64,000 nt of DNA from NCBI GenBank assembly GCA_965644295.1, contig CBFFRP010000182.1:124001-188000 (forward strand). The letters run 5' to 3'. Positions 1 through 10,585 of the stretch are shown here, one piece after another (the stretch's first letter is position 1; every line of letters begins with the position of its first letter). Position numbers and translations under genes: made by a program. The DNA is from Paraphysomonas bandaiensis (Eukaryota > Protista > Chrysophyceae). The notes below the pieces were generated by a model. The model did not search any database and was not told the origin of the DNA. It was given only the letters and a program-made list of their open reading frames with translations.

Positions 1-10
1 TAAATGCTTT

Positions 11-2728
11 GTGAATATCGATTCCAGTCTCCGAAAGAACAACTGGGACAGACATAGCTGGCCTGGGTATTTTATGGGCTATCGAGAGGATGGTCCTGGA
101 TATATAGCCTTTGTTCCCGCATTAAGAGATTTTGTTATATCAGGACATGTATTTTTCAACGAATGTGTTCCACCAGCGGATAAGAGATATTTTAAGGAGA
201 TAAATGAGATCTTCAGGGAGAATGAGACCACCAGGACAGTAGAAAGTTTCAAATATCTCATAGGTCTAGCTCATGTAGATCCAGACGATGGATTAACATA
301 TGTAACGACTCAAATAAAGCTCAGAAAAGGATTAATCGCAGCGTATCGTGGTCTAGTGGACGACAGCGGTGACACTACACGACTAATCCAGCTCGACGAC
401 CCCATTCATGCTGCAGACGTCGAAAAGTACACTGAAGAATACATAGAACTCAAAGCAGTTGGTCTCAAATGTATTACGTCTCGATCGAAAACCCCAATAC
501 ATAAATCCAGCAAATCAGATCAAAACCCCGATACAGTTATTGGATCTCCAGCGCCAGCCGCTACTTCCAGGGGGAGTGGCGAGAATCTCAGACATCATGA
601 TGCCGCGCAGGAGAGAATCAGCAGCCATCGGTGTGAACCTACCCACTCCGATGCAAAGATAGCGAAGACTCGCCCTCCGAAACAATTCAATGGGAATCTA
701 GTGCCGAATCCGGCACCACACGGTCAAGTGGATCGTGTGCACCAGCGTATGGCCAAACGCGGTAACAAGTCTGCTGATTCATCGGGAGATTGGGAAAATC
801 AGGGTACACCTGAAGGGCCAAGTAAGGTCCGTGCTACAGCAAAACAACAATTTTTAGCTGGTAAAAAGAGTGTTCTCCGAAGCAGGAGAATGGCCAGGAA
901 ACGGGTAATTGTAAATATACATAAACTTGGTGATGGTGTATATACATGTGATGTAAATGCTAAACATGTAGCTAATCATATGGCACATGACACACAATGT
1001 ATATCAAAATTACATACAAACAATATTGATATTGTTATGCATGCTATCAGTAATTGCGATGACATTGACGAGCTAACCGATACACCAAAGAGTGTTCAAG
1101 ATGCTATTTCAGGTAAATATAAACAGCAGTGGATCGATGCTATCAATAGAGAAATATCCACTCTTCAGAGGAAAGGGTGCTGGAGATACACTGCGTTACC
1201 ACCTGGAGCAAGAGCCATAAAGGGGAAACTCATATTCAAAATAAAAAGAAAACAGAATGATATCAAATTCAAGGCTCGACTAGTCGCACAGGGTTTTACT
1301 CAAATCCAAGGCATCGATTACAATGATACATACAGCCCCGTCGCGAAGGCTACATCACTACGTACAATTATTGCCCTTTCGACTATTATGAAACTCAAAT
1401 TGCACCAAATCGATTTCACAACTGCGTACATCAATGCTGACCTCGAAGAGGACATATACATGCATCCCCCTCCTGGCATGGACGTCCCTGACGGAAAAGT
1501 CCTCAAACTGATGAAAAGCATCTACGGTCTAAAGCAAGCAGGTCTTAACTGGTATAAGTGCTGTACAAATTTTATGCTAGATATGGGTTTCACCAGACTA
1601 ATATCTGACCCGTGTATATTCAAAAAGCAGATTAATGGCAGGATTATGCTAATAGCCATGTATGTGGATGATATTATTATAGCATCTACATCCGACACTG
1701 ATATCCAACAATTCAAAGACCATTTATCCAAAAAGTTCGAAATTACGGATCTCGGACTCCTAGACTATTACTTGGGCATCTCCATTCATCAAGATTTTGA
1801 CAAAAATATCACAACTCTCAGTCAGGAGCAATATGTCAGAAAACTACTTGACAAATTCAACATGTCCGACAGTAAACCCATGTCAACACCTATGTTACTG
1901 TCTTTCAACTATGATTTACATGAATACAATCATCTTTCAGAGTCAAATCAAAGTTATGTTCAGAATTTCCCTTACAAGGAGCTCATAGGTTCCCTGATGT
2001 ATCTAGCTGTATGCACTCGACCGGATATCGCCTATGCAGTCAATACTCTTGCCAGATTTTCTGATATGCCTAATCTAACTACCTGTAATGCTGCGTTACA
2101 TGTTCTTAGGTATCTCAAAGGCACTGCTAAGCAAGGATTGATATATTCTGGATCCCACATAACATTATCAGGATACTGCGATAGCGATTGGGCACGGTGT
2201 CACCTCACTCGACGGTCCACTACAGCTTTTACATTCTTCATAGGTAATTGTCTTATATCATGGCAATCTCGATTACAGACAACTGTGGCATTGTCATCTA
2301 CTGAAGCTGAGTATATGGCTCTATCATCAGCAGCTCAGGAAGCATTATGGCTACGCTCTTTATTATCAGAAATTGGTTTCAAACTTCCATTCTCAACAAC
2401 TATTTGGTGCGATAATAAAGGGGCAGTCCAATTATGCTACAATCCTACTCATCATCGTCGTACGAAACATATTGCGATACGGTATCATTTCATTCGAGAA
2501 AATATTGCCGAAAACCAATTGACTGTTGACCATATTCCCACCACGTCAATGTTAGCCGATCTTCTCACGAAACCACTAGGAGCCACTAATTTTCTTCAAT
2601 TGCGAACTACATTGATGGGGGGAGCTGGGTTCGACATCCCATCCAGCAACAACAGAAAGCGATCAACAATATCAGAGACACCTAAATCACAATTAACAAG
2701 CCACAAGCGACCTAGGTGGCTAGTTTGA
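11..2728 (+). mobile_element. Ty1/Copia LTR retrotransposon pol, 3' part (post-integrase region, RT, RNase H); continues past the window start
   Basis: Copia RT motifs KARLVAQGFTQ, QIDFTTAYINADL, KSIYGLKQAG and YVDD; RNase H motifs GYCDSDWA, SSTEAEY, RTKHIAIRYHF and ADLLTK; uninterrupted frame. Confidence 0.97.
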
Positions 2729-2927
2729 GTTACACGGAGTTTTTACCATTTTTTTTACTTTTATTCAATACATGATGCTGGACTAGAAGGATGGTCTCAC
2801 AATATGGCATCTCTGCAGTTCGCTTATTATTGACTAGTGACTGCTACTCTGGTTTTTACTCTCAGTGTGCATAAGTTCATATTCTCTCTATTATCTACGG
2901 TTCACTAATTATTTCATTGAGGGGGCG

Positions 2928-3150
2928 TATTAGGATTCAGCTTAACACATGATTGTATCTGTGAGTTATAATGTTCAATGAAATATACCATGAACTGAAT
3001 TAGAGAGAGTATCTGTCGAAGATACGTGATCGTCATCATAACGTCGTCATTATCAGTTACACTTCTAACTATTCCGTTGTGCATGATAGTACGTTCTATA
3101 TTGTTATTCATAATTTTCACTCTATCGTGTTCATTACTTACACTCTAATA
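2928..3150 (+). repeat. Putative 3' LTR (~223 bp) with TATTAG...CTAATA termini, preceded by a polypurine tract
   Basis: PPT gaggggg at 2919-2925; TATTAG at 2928-2933 is the reverse complement of CTAATA at 3145-3150; the 5' LTR is outside the window. Confidence 0.65.
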
Positions 3151-3469
3151 ATCACAACATTGTTTTACTATTATAAAGATCAATTCTTTATTCTGCTGCC
3201 ACAGACATTGCTCGACTAAAATCCGATTCCTTCTATAAACTCGTATAGATGGGTGAAGATAACTCAATGTAGATGTGACGATTCGATTGTCTATTGGTAA
3301 ATAATTTCTGTTGGTACTTTCATTATTAGAGTGATGTAGCATGAAAATTAGAGCTGTACATTGCACAATTTATACAACGTGGTCGCAGAGCTGTAGAAAT
3401 TAACGGAAGCACATCACTTTGCACGACAACGATAACGGCATTATATAGCAACACTACATCTGCCTTTCG

Positions 3470-5090
3470 TCACAAGAATATAAACGTTGTGCAAACTGGA
3501 GTTATCAAACACCCTAAAAAGAATACGAATATAGCTCCATAGAGCCTCCAGTCCATACTCTTGTTTTCTTCGACGTGCATCTTATAATAGGCCGCACCAG
3601 GTAAGATCAAGCTAATCATCGTTGCGCTTGTCGCTCCAACGAATGAAAAAATTACACCAAGATCCGATACTAGAAGAGCCACACCCAAGCTCAGACCCAA
3701 ATAGGAGGCCTGTATGAACAAATTTCAATGCAAAATACAATAATTACACAAAGGCGATTGTCAATACCGTGACTATTATGTATCGAAACTTGTTATATCT
3801 AAGCCACGAGTCATCATCAGCATCACACCCTCTCCAAAGTCCCAGAGCGGAATTCCTTCCAGGATGAACCAAAAGTGGATACGAGAATGCCACAAGCAGA
3901 GAAACAAATATACGGGCAATTGTAGTAACGGCAGTTTCTGCATCACACTAAGGAAATATAGTACAAGGCTGGGAGATACTGGACATACATACATATAAAG
4001 AACATGTGTGATACATACTCGGGTAACTAATGAGGATATTCGAGTTAACAGCGTCTCCGTAGGTGAGAAATCCCGCAATGGCGACAACAATGTATATCGC
4101 AAGAGCAGTGCCAAGGGACACACCTATGACGCTATCTACTCTATATTGAGATGGATTGCGAAGTTCATTTACCACCGGGAAGATATTCTATGTAATATAT
4201 GAGTGCATACATATCATCAGCTAATCATCCACTCAACAACGTAGAATAATGAAAAACACAAATATATGCCAAAAAATATAAATATCTCGTACCGGCTGAA
4301 GAGATAAACCGTAAACGAATATACTCAACACACGGAATGTGTCTTTATTCACTGAAACAACGGGGCGATCACCAACGCATTCGTCATCTGCATCCGTATC
4401 TGCACAGGGATCGAGATTGTCTCGAGGAACTGCATAGAGAAGCACCAAGAAGGTAAGAAAGATCACAAACATGACCGATAACCCTGATGTGTACTTGAGT
4501 GCGTCCACTTTCTTGAAGCAGCTCAGCGGTGCCACGATAGCAAACCCGATAAAAATCCATGGCTCACGATTCAGCCAGATTCCGTCTAGACCAATATTTT
4601 CCATAACATCTGGCATTAGACCTCCTACAAAAGTGGTATGAATACATACACAAATATCTTCTAAATAAAACGCACCGATAACAATTAAATATGAAGCACA
4701 TACACCAAAGCTCTGTATAACAACAGAAAAATCTATTAAAAAAGTGAGTTGTGGTACGCTGGCTTCAGTAACGGCATAGAAAGATGCAGGTGGAGGTACC
4801 CGTCCTGCACATAGAGATAATAGATGACATGATAGGACATTACATGCACCAAAAAAGAGGATAAGTGCAGTTCCAAGTACTCCCCCACAATATGCCACTG
4901 CATAAGGGAGACCAAGTACACCACTACCAACAATTGTATTAAGTAAATTGATGTAGCATGATAATGTCGAAGATTCGTTTAATGAAACGTATTGTATGGG
5001 TTCATCTGGATCAGTATACTGAGAATAACTTGATAAAGTTCTTGATTTCTTACGATCACCATCCGATTGTAGTATATTATCTAACAACAT
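3470..5090 (-). CDS. Amino-acid transporter, AAAP/Aa_trans family (AVT5/6-like), multi-exon
   Basis: NLLNTIVGSGVLGLPYA, VGATSATMISLILPG and many TM segments spread over ORFs 4233-5090, 3948-4175 and 3470-3721, separated by short GT-AG introns. Confidence 0.9.
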
Positions 5091-5666
5091 GTTTGTATAT
5101 AGAATTATGCCGTCAAATTCTAGTACATCTCAGTGATGTGACCATATCAGTTGGGGGAAAACTGGATGGTGATGTACAGCAGAGTATGAATTGTAGGTAT
5201 GGTCTCTTAGGGGAAAAACTAGGGTTATTTATGTAATTCCCGGTTATTTTTAGAATTGGGATATGGAAATAGAGGAGTTTTATAGTTTTAGAAGTTGGAA
5301 ACTTGTATTTTATAGGATTAGGATAGTAGATTATGTAGCTATGCATCCATATCCTCGACGAATTCTACTGTATACCTGGTATACACACCTGTACAATTGA
5401 CCAGCACTATATGGATGTATGTATACTGCTTCGTAATAGATATTAGGTGCCGATTGGTGGGTTTTTTGGTGGTTTGGTGCCAGAATGGACACGTTGGAGG
5501 TTTTTTTGCTTTTTTGGGGGGTTTTCTGATCATTTTCCTTTCCAACATTCAGCACACTCGTATCGGCAGTCAGCATCTTATTTTTCGGGAATAAATTGAA
5601 TCAAAACTACTCTATCTCTTATCGCCTCTAATGCGACTTGAAATTTTTTAGCACCTGTATATTATT

Positions 5667-5886
5667 GGGTGACTACCTAAATTGCACAAACACATAAATG
5701 CATAAAAAATAGGCTGCATAAACTCATGAATTTATGCAGATTTATGATTTTTTAGGAGACCCCTCCGGACCCCTCGTACAAACTATCCTATATGCATAAA
5801 CATATGCAGAAACTGGGTCTGAATAGATTTTTATAATCCCAGACTTTTTATGCATTTATGTATTTATGCAATTTAGGTAGTCACCC
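5667..5886. mobile_element. 220-bp MITE (PIF/Harbinger- or IS5-like) with ~42-bp TIRs and a 3-bp ATT TSD
   Basis: gggtgactacctaaattgca(c/t)aaa(c/t)acataaatgcataaaaa in inverted orientation at both ends; ATT at 5664-5666 and 5887-5889. Confidence 0.85.
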
Positions 5887-6079
5887 ATTGTTTTCTACTC
5901 ATAATACCCTCCAAAAACTAATCTTATCATAACGATTAAATAATTGGGAGCATTTAAATAGTATTGATGATCGCAAAAATAGTACACATGCAAGTCTTTA
6001 CATGCTATTATTATGGGCACATTTAAACATGAATGTACTTAAACTTCATAGGTACTTCTTTTTATAAAGTCATTTAAAG

Positions 6080-8500
6080 ATGAGCAACTTACCTCAAAGC
6101 ACCAAAGAAATTTTAATCGATTTAAAAAATGCATATCAACAAATCCAAGACCCGTCTACTCCCCCTGATGAGCTCATGACTGCGCTGAACGCGATAAATA
6201 TCGAAAGCTCATCTCTTGAAGATTTATGGCATATCTATAGCGCTTATTCTAACTATACCGAGTCACATCACCAAACGCCATCTGACGCTTTTAGCGTGAT
6301 TTCTAACGGCCTCCATGCATTCACAAATCTTTTTTATAACACTCATTCCAACGAGACAGAGTATCGACAACAACATTTTTTTGAGGTTCTTGGCCGTTTT
6401 TCTAGCCTTGGTCCTATAAAGATTCTCGATAACATCCAAAAAACAGGTCTTTTAACTGGAGAGCACGCGCAGATTAATTTCTATGCCATCGTCCGACATA
6501 GAAACCCATTAAGTGTTATACGAGCCCTTTATGGAAACGAAAGATTTGTTGTCGGGGAATATGGGCAAGATAATTTTGATGCCATAAGCAAGCACCCGAA
6601 TCCAGGAAGCGTTCGTGCGGCCCTTTATTCAATAGAAAGAAACCCTTTTTTCACCGGAGATAATGCACGACTTAATCGCACTGCTGTAATTAACCACAAG
6701 TTCCCAGAGAAAATTGCCGATGGCCTCGCCTGGCTTCAAAAACAAGGCCTTTTAACCGGAGAACATGCGCAGGCTAACTTCAATGCTGTGGTTACACATC
6801 AACACCCTCTCGTTGGGCAGACCTTTTGGTCTTGGGTTAATCAACACCTTTTTACTGGAGAGCATGCGCAAGTTAATTTCAATACAGTGATTAAGCATCA
6901 AAATCCATGGGCCGTTTCGCAAGCCCTTTGTCACTTCAGAGTTTTACCTTTTTTAGCTGGAGAGGATGGACAAGTAAATCGTGATATCGTAACTGGGCAT
7001 CAGAAGCCATGGAAGGTTTCCATGTCCCTATGCTATCTCCAAAGATCTGGCCTTTTAACCGGAGAGCAGGCGCAAGCTAATTTCAATACGGTGGTTGGAC
7101 TTCTGGACCCATCAAGCGTAGCCCTCGAATTCCTCGAAAAAGCAGGTATTTTAACGGGTGATAACGCACAGGCCAATTTTAATGCTGTGGTCAGAGTTCA
7201 AAATCCACAGCACGTGGCTAGACTTATGCAAAAGATAATCAATATGAATTTCATGATGAATTTCATAGGATGGCAAACGGAAAAAAATCAGACTCAATTT
7301 AATCAATTGATGAGTTATTCAAATATACTATTTGCTGAGGATACGGGTCCCTTATGGGACGAGATACCTAAACGTATTTTCACGGAAGAAGTCTTAAATC
7401 GCATATTCCAAATTTGTCGCGCAAACCAAGTAAACCCTGTTGTGGGTCGAGCGCATCTCTCTAATTACATTAATATCGAATTATTGGGTATGAGAGAGGG
7501 TCAGCGGCAACATTTTAACCGGGCTCAAAGCACCCATACGGCAAGTGTACATCAAACCGTGTCTGAATCTGCAACACGCTTAGAGGAAATGTATGGAGAA
7601 GAGATTGATGATTTAACTGAGAGATTAGGCGAAATACATACCTGGGTTTGTTCTATAACAGACCATGAGCATGAAAAACGCGCCATTAAACAACTTGTTA
7701 ATTCCCGATATGAATTTAAAGACCCCGCGTCCGGCGTAACCACAAAAATACTTTTAGTGCTTAGTTGGATAGCTATACATGATGACTCGATGAGAATAGG
7801 TACCTTGGAAGATGCAAAAGCATTATTACTAGAAGGCCTTTTGGATATACAGCGGGCTTACAATTTAAATGATGCATTTGAGGACCGGGGTGGGAGAGAT
7901 AAAACAAGCTGCGCCTCTGGAACGTTCAATAAAATTATCGAAAAGCTTGTCGGTGTGCATCCATATGTTGAGATGAAATACATTACCAAACAAGGGGCAA
8001 TGCTTAAACTAAAACCTCTTATTATTGAAGCTGCAACCTACTATTTAAGGAAGGAAAGCCATGAAGATTTAACAGTTGAGTTGCTTAAAAAAAACATTCT
8101 CCCCATTGTACGAGAGCAACTCTTCTTTGAATATGGAGAAAGTACGCTTGCAGAACTAACAAAAAATCATGAAAGCTTTGAAGATTTTAAAGCTTCTAGC
8201 AATTACACACCCTTTCAAAAATCACTTGAAAATGAGCAAGATACTGGTCTTGAGCTCATGATAAGTTACAAATTATCATGTCCTGATGAGGAACTTGATG
8301 AGGAGCTCAAAATCTTAATCACATCTGCTGTTAATGAGCCGAAGGAAGTGCCTGATGAAACCAGTGATAAGCCTGCAACTCGAAAAGGATTAAGAGCTAA
8401 GCGTCTTGCATTTTTTGACCCTCAAGAGAGCCAAGACAACCAAATCAATACAGTTCAGCATGCAGGCGCAGAAAGTCATATTGCAAATATCAATATCTAA
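6080..8500 (+). CDS. Bacterial effector-like protein: 8 tandem ~31-36 aa repeats plus a C-terminal QSTHTASVH...CxxGxFNK domain
   Basis: Repeat consensus (G/P)LLTGEhAQxNFxAVVxHxxP at ~6446-7207; QSTHTASVHQTVSESA and SCASGTFNKIIE motifs; acidic tail ending near RLAFF; intact 806 aa. Confidence 0.75.
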   Translation: MSNLPQSTKEILIDLKNAYQQIQDPSTPPDELMTALNAINIESSSLEDLWHIYSAYSNYTESHHQTPSDAFSVISNGLHAFTNLFYNTHSNETEYRQQHFFEVLGRFSSLGPIKILDNIQKTGLLTGEHAQINFYAIVRHRNPLSVIRALYGNERFVVGEYGQDNFDAISKHPNPGSVRAALYSIERNPFFTGDNARLNRTAVINHKFPEKIADGLAWLQKQGLLTGEHAQANFNAVVTHQHPLVGQTFWSWVNQHLFTGEHAQVNFNTVIKHQNPWAVSQALCHFRVLPFLAGEDGQVNRDIVTGHQKPWKVSMSLCYLQRSGLLTGEQAQANFNTVVGLLDPSSVALEFLEKAGILTGDNAQANFNAVVRVQNPQHVARLMQKIINMNFMMNFIGWQTEKNQTQFNQLMSYSNILFAEDTGPLWDEIPKRIFTEEVLNRIFQICRANQVNPVVGRAHLSNYINIELLGMREGQRQHFNRAQSTHTASVHQTVSESATRLEEMYGEEIDDLTERLGEIHTWVCSITDHEHEKRAIKQLVNSRYEFKDPASGVTTKILLVLSWIAIHDDSMRIGTLEDAKALLLEGLLDIQRAYNLNDAFEDRGGRDKTSCASGTFNKIIEKLVGVHPYVEMKYITKQGAMLKLKPLIIEAATYYLRKESHEDLTVELLKKNILPIVREQLFFEYGESTLAELTKNHESFEDFKASSNYTPFQKSLENEQDTGLELMISYKLSCPDEELDEELKILITSAVNEPKEVPDETSDKPATRKGLRAKRLAFFDPQESQDNQINTVQHAGAESHIANINI

Positions 8501-8529
8501 GGCATACTCAAAAACTAGTTATCGAATTT

Positions 8530-8570
8530 TGATCTTGCCACGAAAAAACGGACACCTCACTAAGCGACCA
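8530..8570. mobile_element. IS3-family terminal inverted repeat remnant
   Basis: TGATCTTgccacgaaaaaacGGACACctcaCTAAGCGA follows the IS3 end pattern TGATC-N-GGACAC-N4-CTAAG; no partner end or transposase nearby. Confidence 0.6.
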
Positions 8571-8616
8571 TTTTAACTTTGTTGGCTTTGAGCGATACAA
8601 CGCCACATCTTGTTAA

Positions 8617-8646
8617 GTTGACATTCGTCAACACGCTTGCTAGACT
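8617..8646 (+). promoter_or_regulatory. sigma70 promoter with an overlapping palindromic operator
   Basis: TTGACA (8618-8623), 17-bp spacer, TAGACT (8641-8646); palindrome GTTGAC-attc-GTCAAC at 8617-8632. Confidence 0.8.
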
Positions 8647-8669
8647 TAAAATAAAGCAGTGGAATTGCG

Positions 8670-8912
8670 GTGAGACCAAAACATCCTAATAAAACAATTG
8701 AGCAAGCTATAAAACATGCTGAATCAAAAGGGTGGCGATATCAGTCGTCCGGACAATCTGCTCATGCATGGGGACGTTTGCTTTGTCCATATAAAAGCAG
8801 AGAAGGGCATGCTATGAGTGTATGGTCTACGCCAAAAAGTCCTGAAAATCATGCGAGACAAATTAGACGAAATATTGATGCTTGTGAACATCAAGGAGAT
8901 AAAAATGAATAA
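8670..8912 (+). CDS. HicA-like putative toxin
   Basis: 80 aa, basic; GW...SAHAWG and STPKSPENHAR motifs; GTG start; overlaps the downstream HTH gene. Confidence 0.7.
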   Translation: MRPKHPNKTIEQAIKHAESKGWRYQSSGQSAHAWGRLLCPYKSREGHAMSVWSTPKSPENHARQIRRNIDACEHQGDKNE

Positions 8913-9456
8913 CTCATATCAATTTACTCTAGTTCTTGATGGTGTTGATGAGAAAACATCTGGCCTAGAAGATGCTTTGTTTGAAGCAGGATGTGATGAC
9001 GCACTAATTAATTACAAAAATGGCGTTGTATATCTTGATTTTGATAGAGAGGGTGAGGATCTTGAGCGAATTATTATATCAGCCATAAAAGATATTGAGT
9101 CAGCAGAGATTGGTGCGAGGATTGTCAGTGTTGCTCCAGAGCATTTAGTTAGCTTATCTGATATTGCTGAGCGTATATCTATAACAAGACAAGCCGTTTC
9201 GCTTTTAATGCAAGGGGCACGTGGGTCAGGAGATTTTCCTAAACCGATATTAAAAATAACTAACAAAAGCCCATTATGGCGTTGGAGTGCGGTTGCAGAA
9301 TGGTTTTATCAACAGGGTAAAATTCACGATCACGATGTAATTGACTCGGCCAACGTAGTTGAAGATATTAATGCGGCACTTGAGTTAAGAAATAAAAAAT
9401 CATTTGCGCATAAAAGAAAAATACTCAGTGAGCTTACAAGGGTACGTGCTGCATAA
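8905..9456 (+). CDS. Putative antitoxin / DNA-binding protein (HicB-like N-terminus, AlpA-like HTH)
   Basis: AAGGAG SD at 8893-8898 before ATG 8905; ALFEAGCDDA; HTH LVSLSDIAERISITRQAVS...FPKP...PLW. Confidence 0.8.
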   Translation: MNNSYQFTLVLDGVDEKTSGLEDALFEAGCDDALINYKNGVVYLDFDREGEDLERIIISAIKDIESAEIGARIVSVAPEHLVSLSDIAERISITRQAVSLLMQGARGSGDFPKPILKITNKSPLWRWSAVAEWFYQQGKIHDHDVIDSANVVEDINAALELRNKKSFAHKRKILSELTRVRAA

Positions 9457-9510
9457 TTTAAAATTAGGTCTTCACCGTAATTCTTAACTTAGCTTCTCTT
9501 AGATTCAAAA

Positions 9511-9544
9511 ATTAGTGGTGATTATCCAGGTAATCACCAGTAAT
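9511..9544. terminator. Hairpin between the two convergent TA operons
   Basis: attagtggtgatta-tccagg-taatcaccagtaat, a 14-bp stem with one mismatch. Confidence 0.5.
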
Positions 9545-9605
9545 AGGTTGTGTGGAGAAACCAGTCCGAATTCAACTAACTAATGCAACCAAGTTTATAT
9601 TGCTA

Positions 9606-10019
9606 TTATTGAAGTGGCTTATTTGTTATTTCAGTCAATTGACCCGGATGATTATGTAGATTTGTTAGTAATTGACTTAGAGGCCTCGGCACAGGAAGTC
9701 TTCCTTTTTCATAACGGTTAAAAGCATTAACGCCACCGCCAAAGATACTCGCTGCCTGTTTCTGGGTTAGCTTTAATTGCTTTCTCACTTTCTTAACCTC
9801 ATTGGGTGTAAGTAGCCCATCAATCCTCGCCTTCTCTTCCTGAATTAAATGTGCAACTGCATTACTATCTTTCGAGCTAATAATACCTTCACCACAAGAG
9901 TTGCACCATTGCGCAGGCTGATTTATGACAAACTCAACTTGTTTATAAGTATACGTTACCGCCTTAATTTTGTGCTCTTGCGTAGACTCACCACATAGAG
10001 GGCATGGTTGTTTTTCCAT
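9606..10019 (-). CDS. mqsA: MqsA-family antitoxin (zinc finger + HTH)
   Basis: CPLC...CNSCGEG zinc motif; LTQKQAASIFGGGVNAFNRYEKG HTH; directly downstream of mqsR. Confidence 0.93.
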   Translation of the reverse strand: MEKQPCPLCGESTQEHKIKAVTYTYKQVEFVINQPAQWCNSCGEGIISSKDSNAVAHLIQEEKARIDGLLTPNEVKKVRKQLKLTQKQAASIFGGGVNAFNRYEKGRLPVPRPLSQLLTNLHNHPGQLTEITNKPLQ

Positions 10020-10020
10020 C

Positions 10021-10329
10021 TTACTTCTCCTTAAAAGATAAGATAAGCTCTCTTTTTACATTCACTTGAAATTTAATATACAAATCAACCTCATTGAAAT
10101 TAGTTTTATATACATCTTGCCAAGCAACAAACTTAGGATTTATCGGTGGCCTTGATTTATAAAAATTACGCTCTTGTAGCCCCTGGATTGCATCAACAAC
10201 ATCCTCATTAGAAAAGTTAAGTGTAATTTGACCTTGCTTCGCAGAAGATGTCATCAATAACTGTTCAGGGTTTAAAAATGCTTTTTTTATGCTATTAAGA
10301 TCATATGTTGGTGTTAATTTAGCAGGCAT
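10021..10329 (-). CDS. mqsR: MqsR-family mRNA interferase toxin
   Basis: PTYDL, FYKS, WQDVY, LYIK and terminal SFKEK motifs. Confidence 0.93.
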   Translation of the reverse strand: MPAKLTPTYDLNSIKKAFLNPEQLLMTSSAKQGQITLNFSNEDVVDAIQGLQERNFYKSRPPINPKFVAWQDVYKTNFNEVDLYIKFQVNVKRELILSFKEK

Positions 10330-10346
10330 TAAAAAACCTTAATAAC

Positions 10347-10396
10347 TAACCTTTAAAGTTATTTTAACTCACCTTTAAATTAACCTCAAGGGTTAA
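10347..10396. promoter_or_regulatory. Two MqsA-type operator palindromes upstream of mqsR
   Basis: TAACCTTTAAAGTTA (10347-10361) and TTAACCTCAAGGGTTAA (10380-10396) resemble the TAACCT-N3-AGGTTA MqsA box. Confidence 0.7.
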
Positions 10397-10585
10397 CTTA
10401 AATAAACAGCTATTCCCGCTTAAATTAAATTTACCTGTCCAAAACAGGAAGATGTTTTATTTTTGAACTATCCATGCTTAAACGCTCTAAAACTCGTTTT
10501 TCAAAGTAAGCAAATTTGTCCTAAATTAAAACTTTTTTGTTTTTTTATGCATAGAAGTTCAAAGAAACTTAAATTCGGTTCTAAA

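Noticed and set aside
5890-6079. Legionella PmrA/CpxR regulatory boxes upstream of the effector-like gene
   Set aside because: No convincing match with the correct spacing was seen
8818-8904. N-terminal extension of the 212-aa ORF
   Set aside because: It overlaps the toxin gene; the SD-preceded ATG at 8905 is the more plausible start
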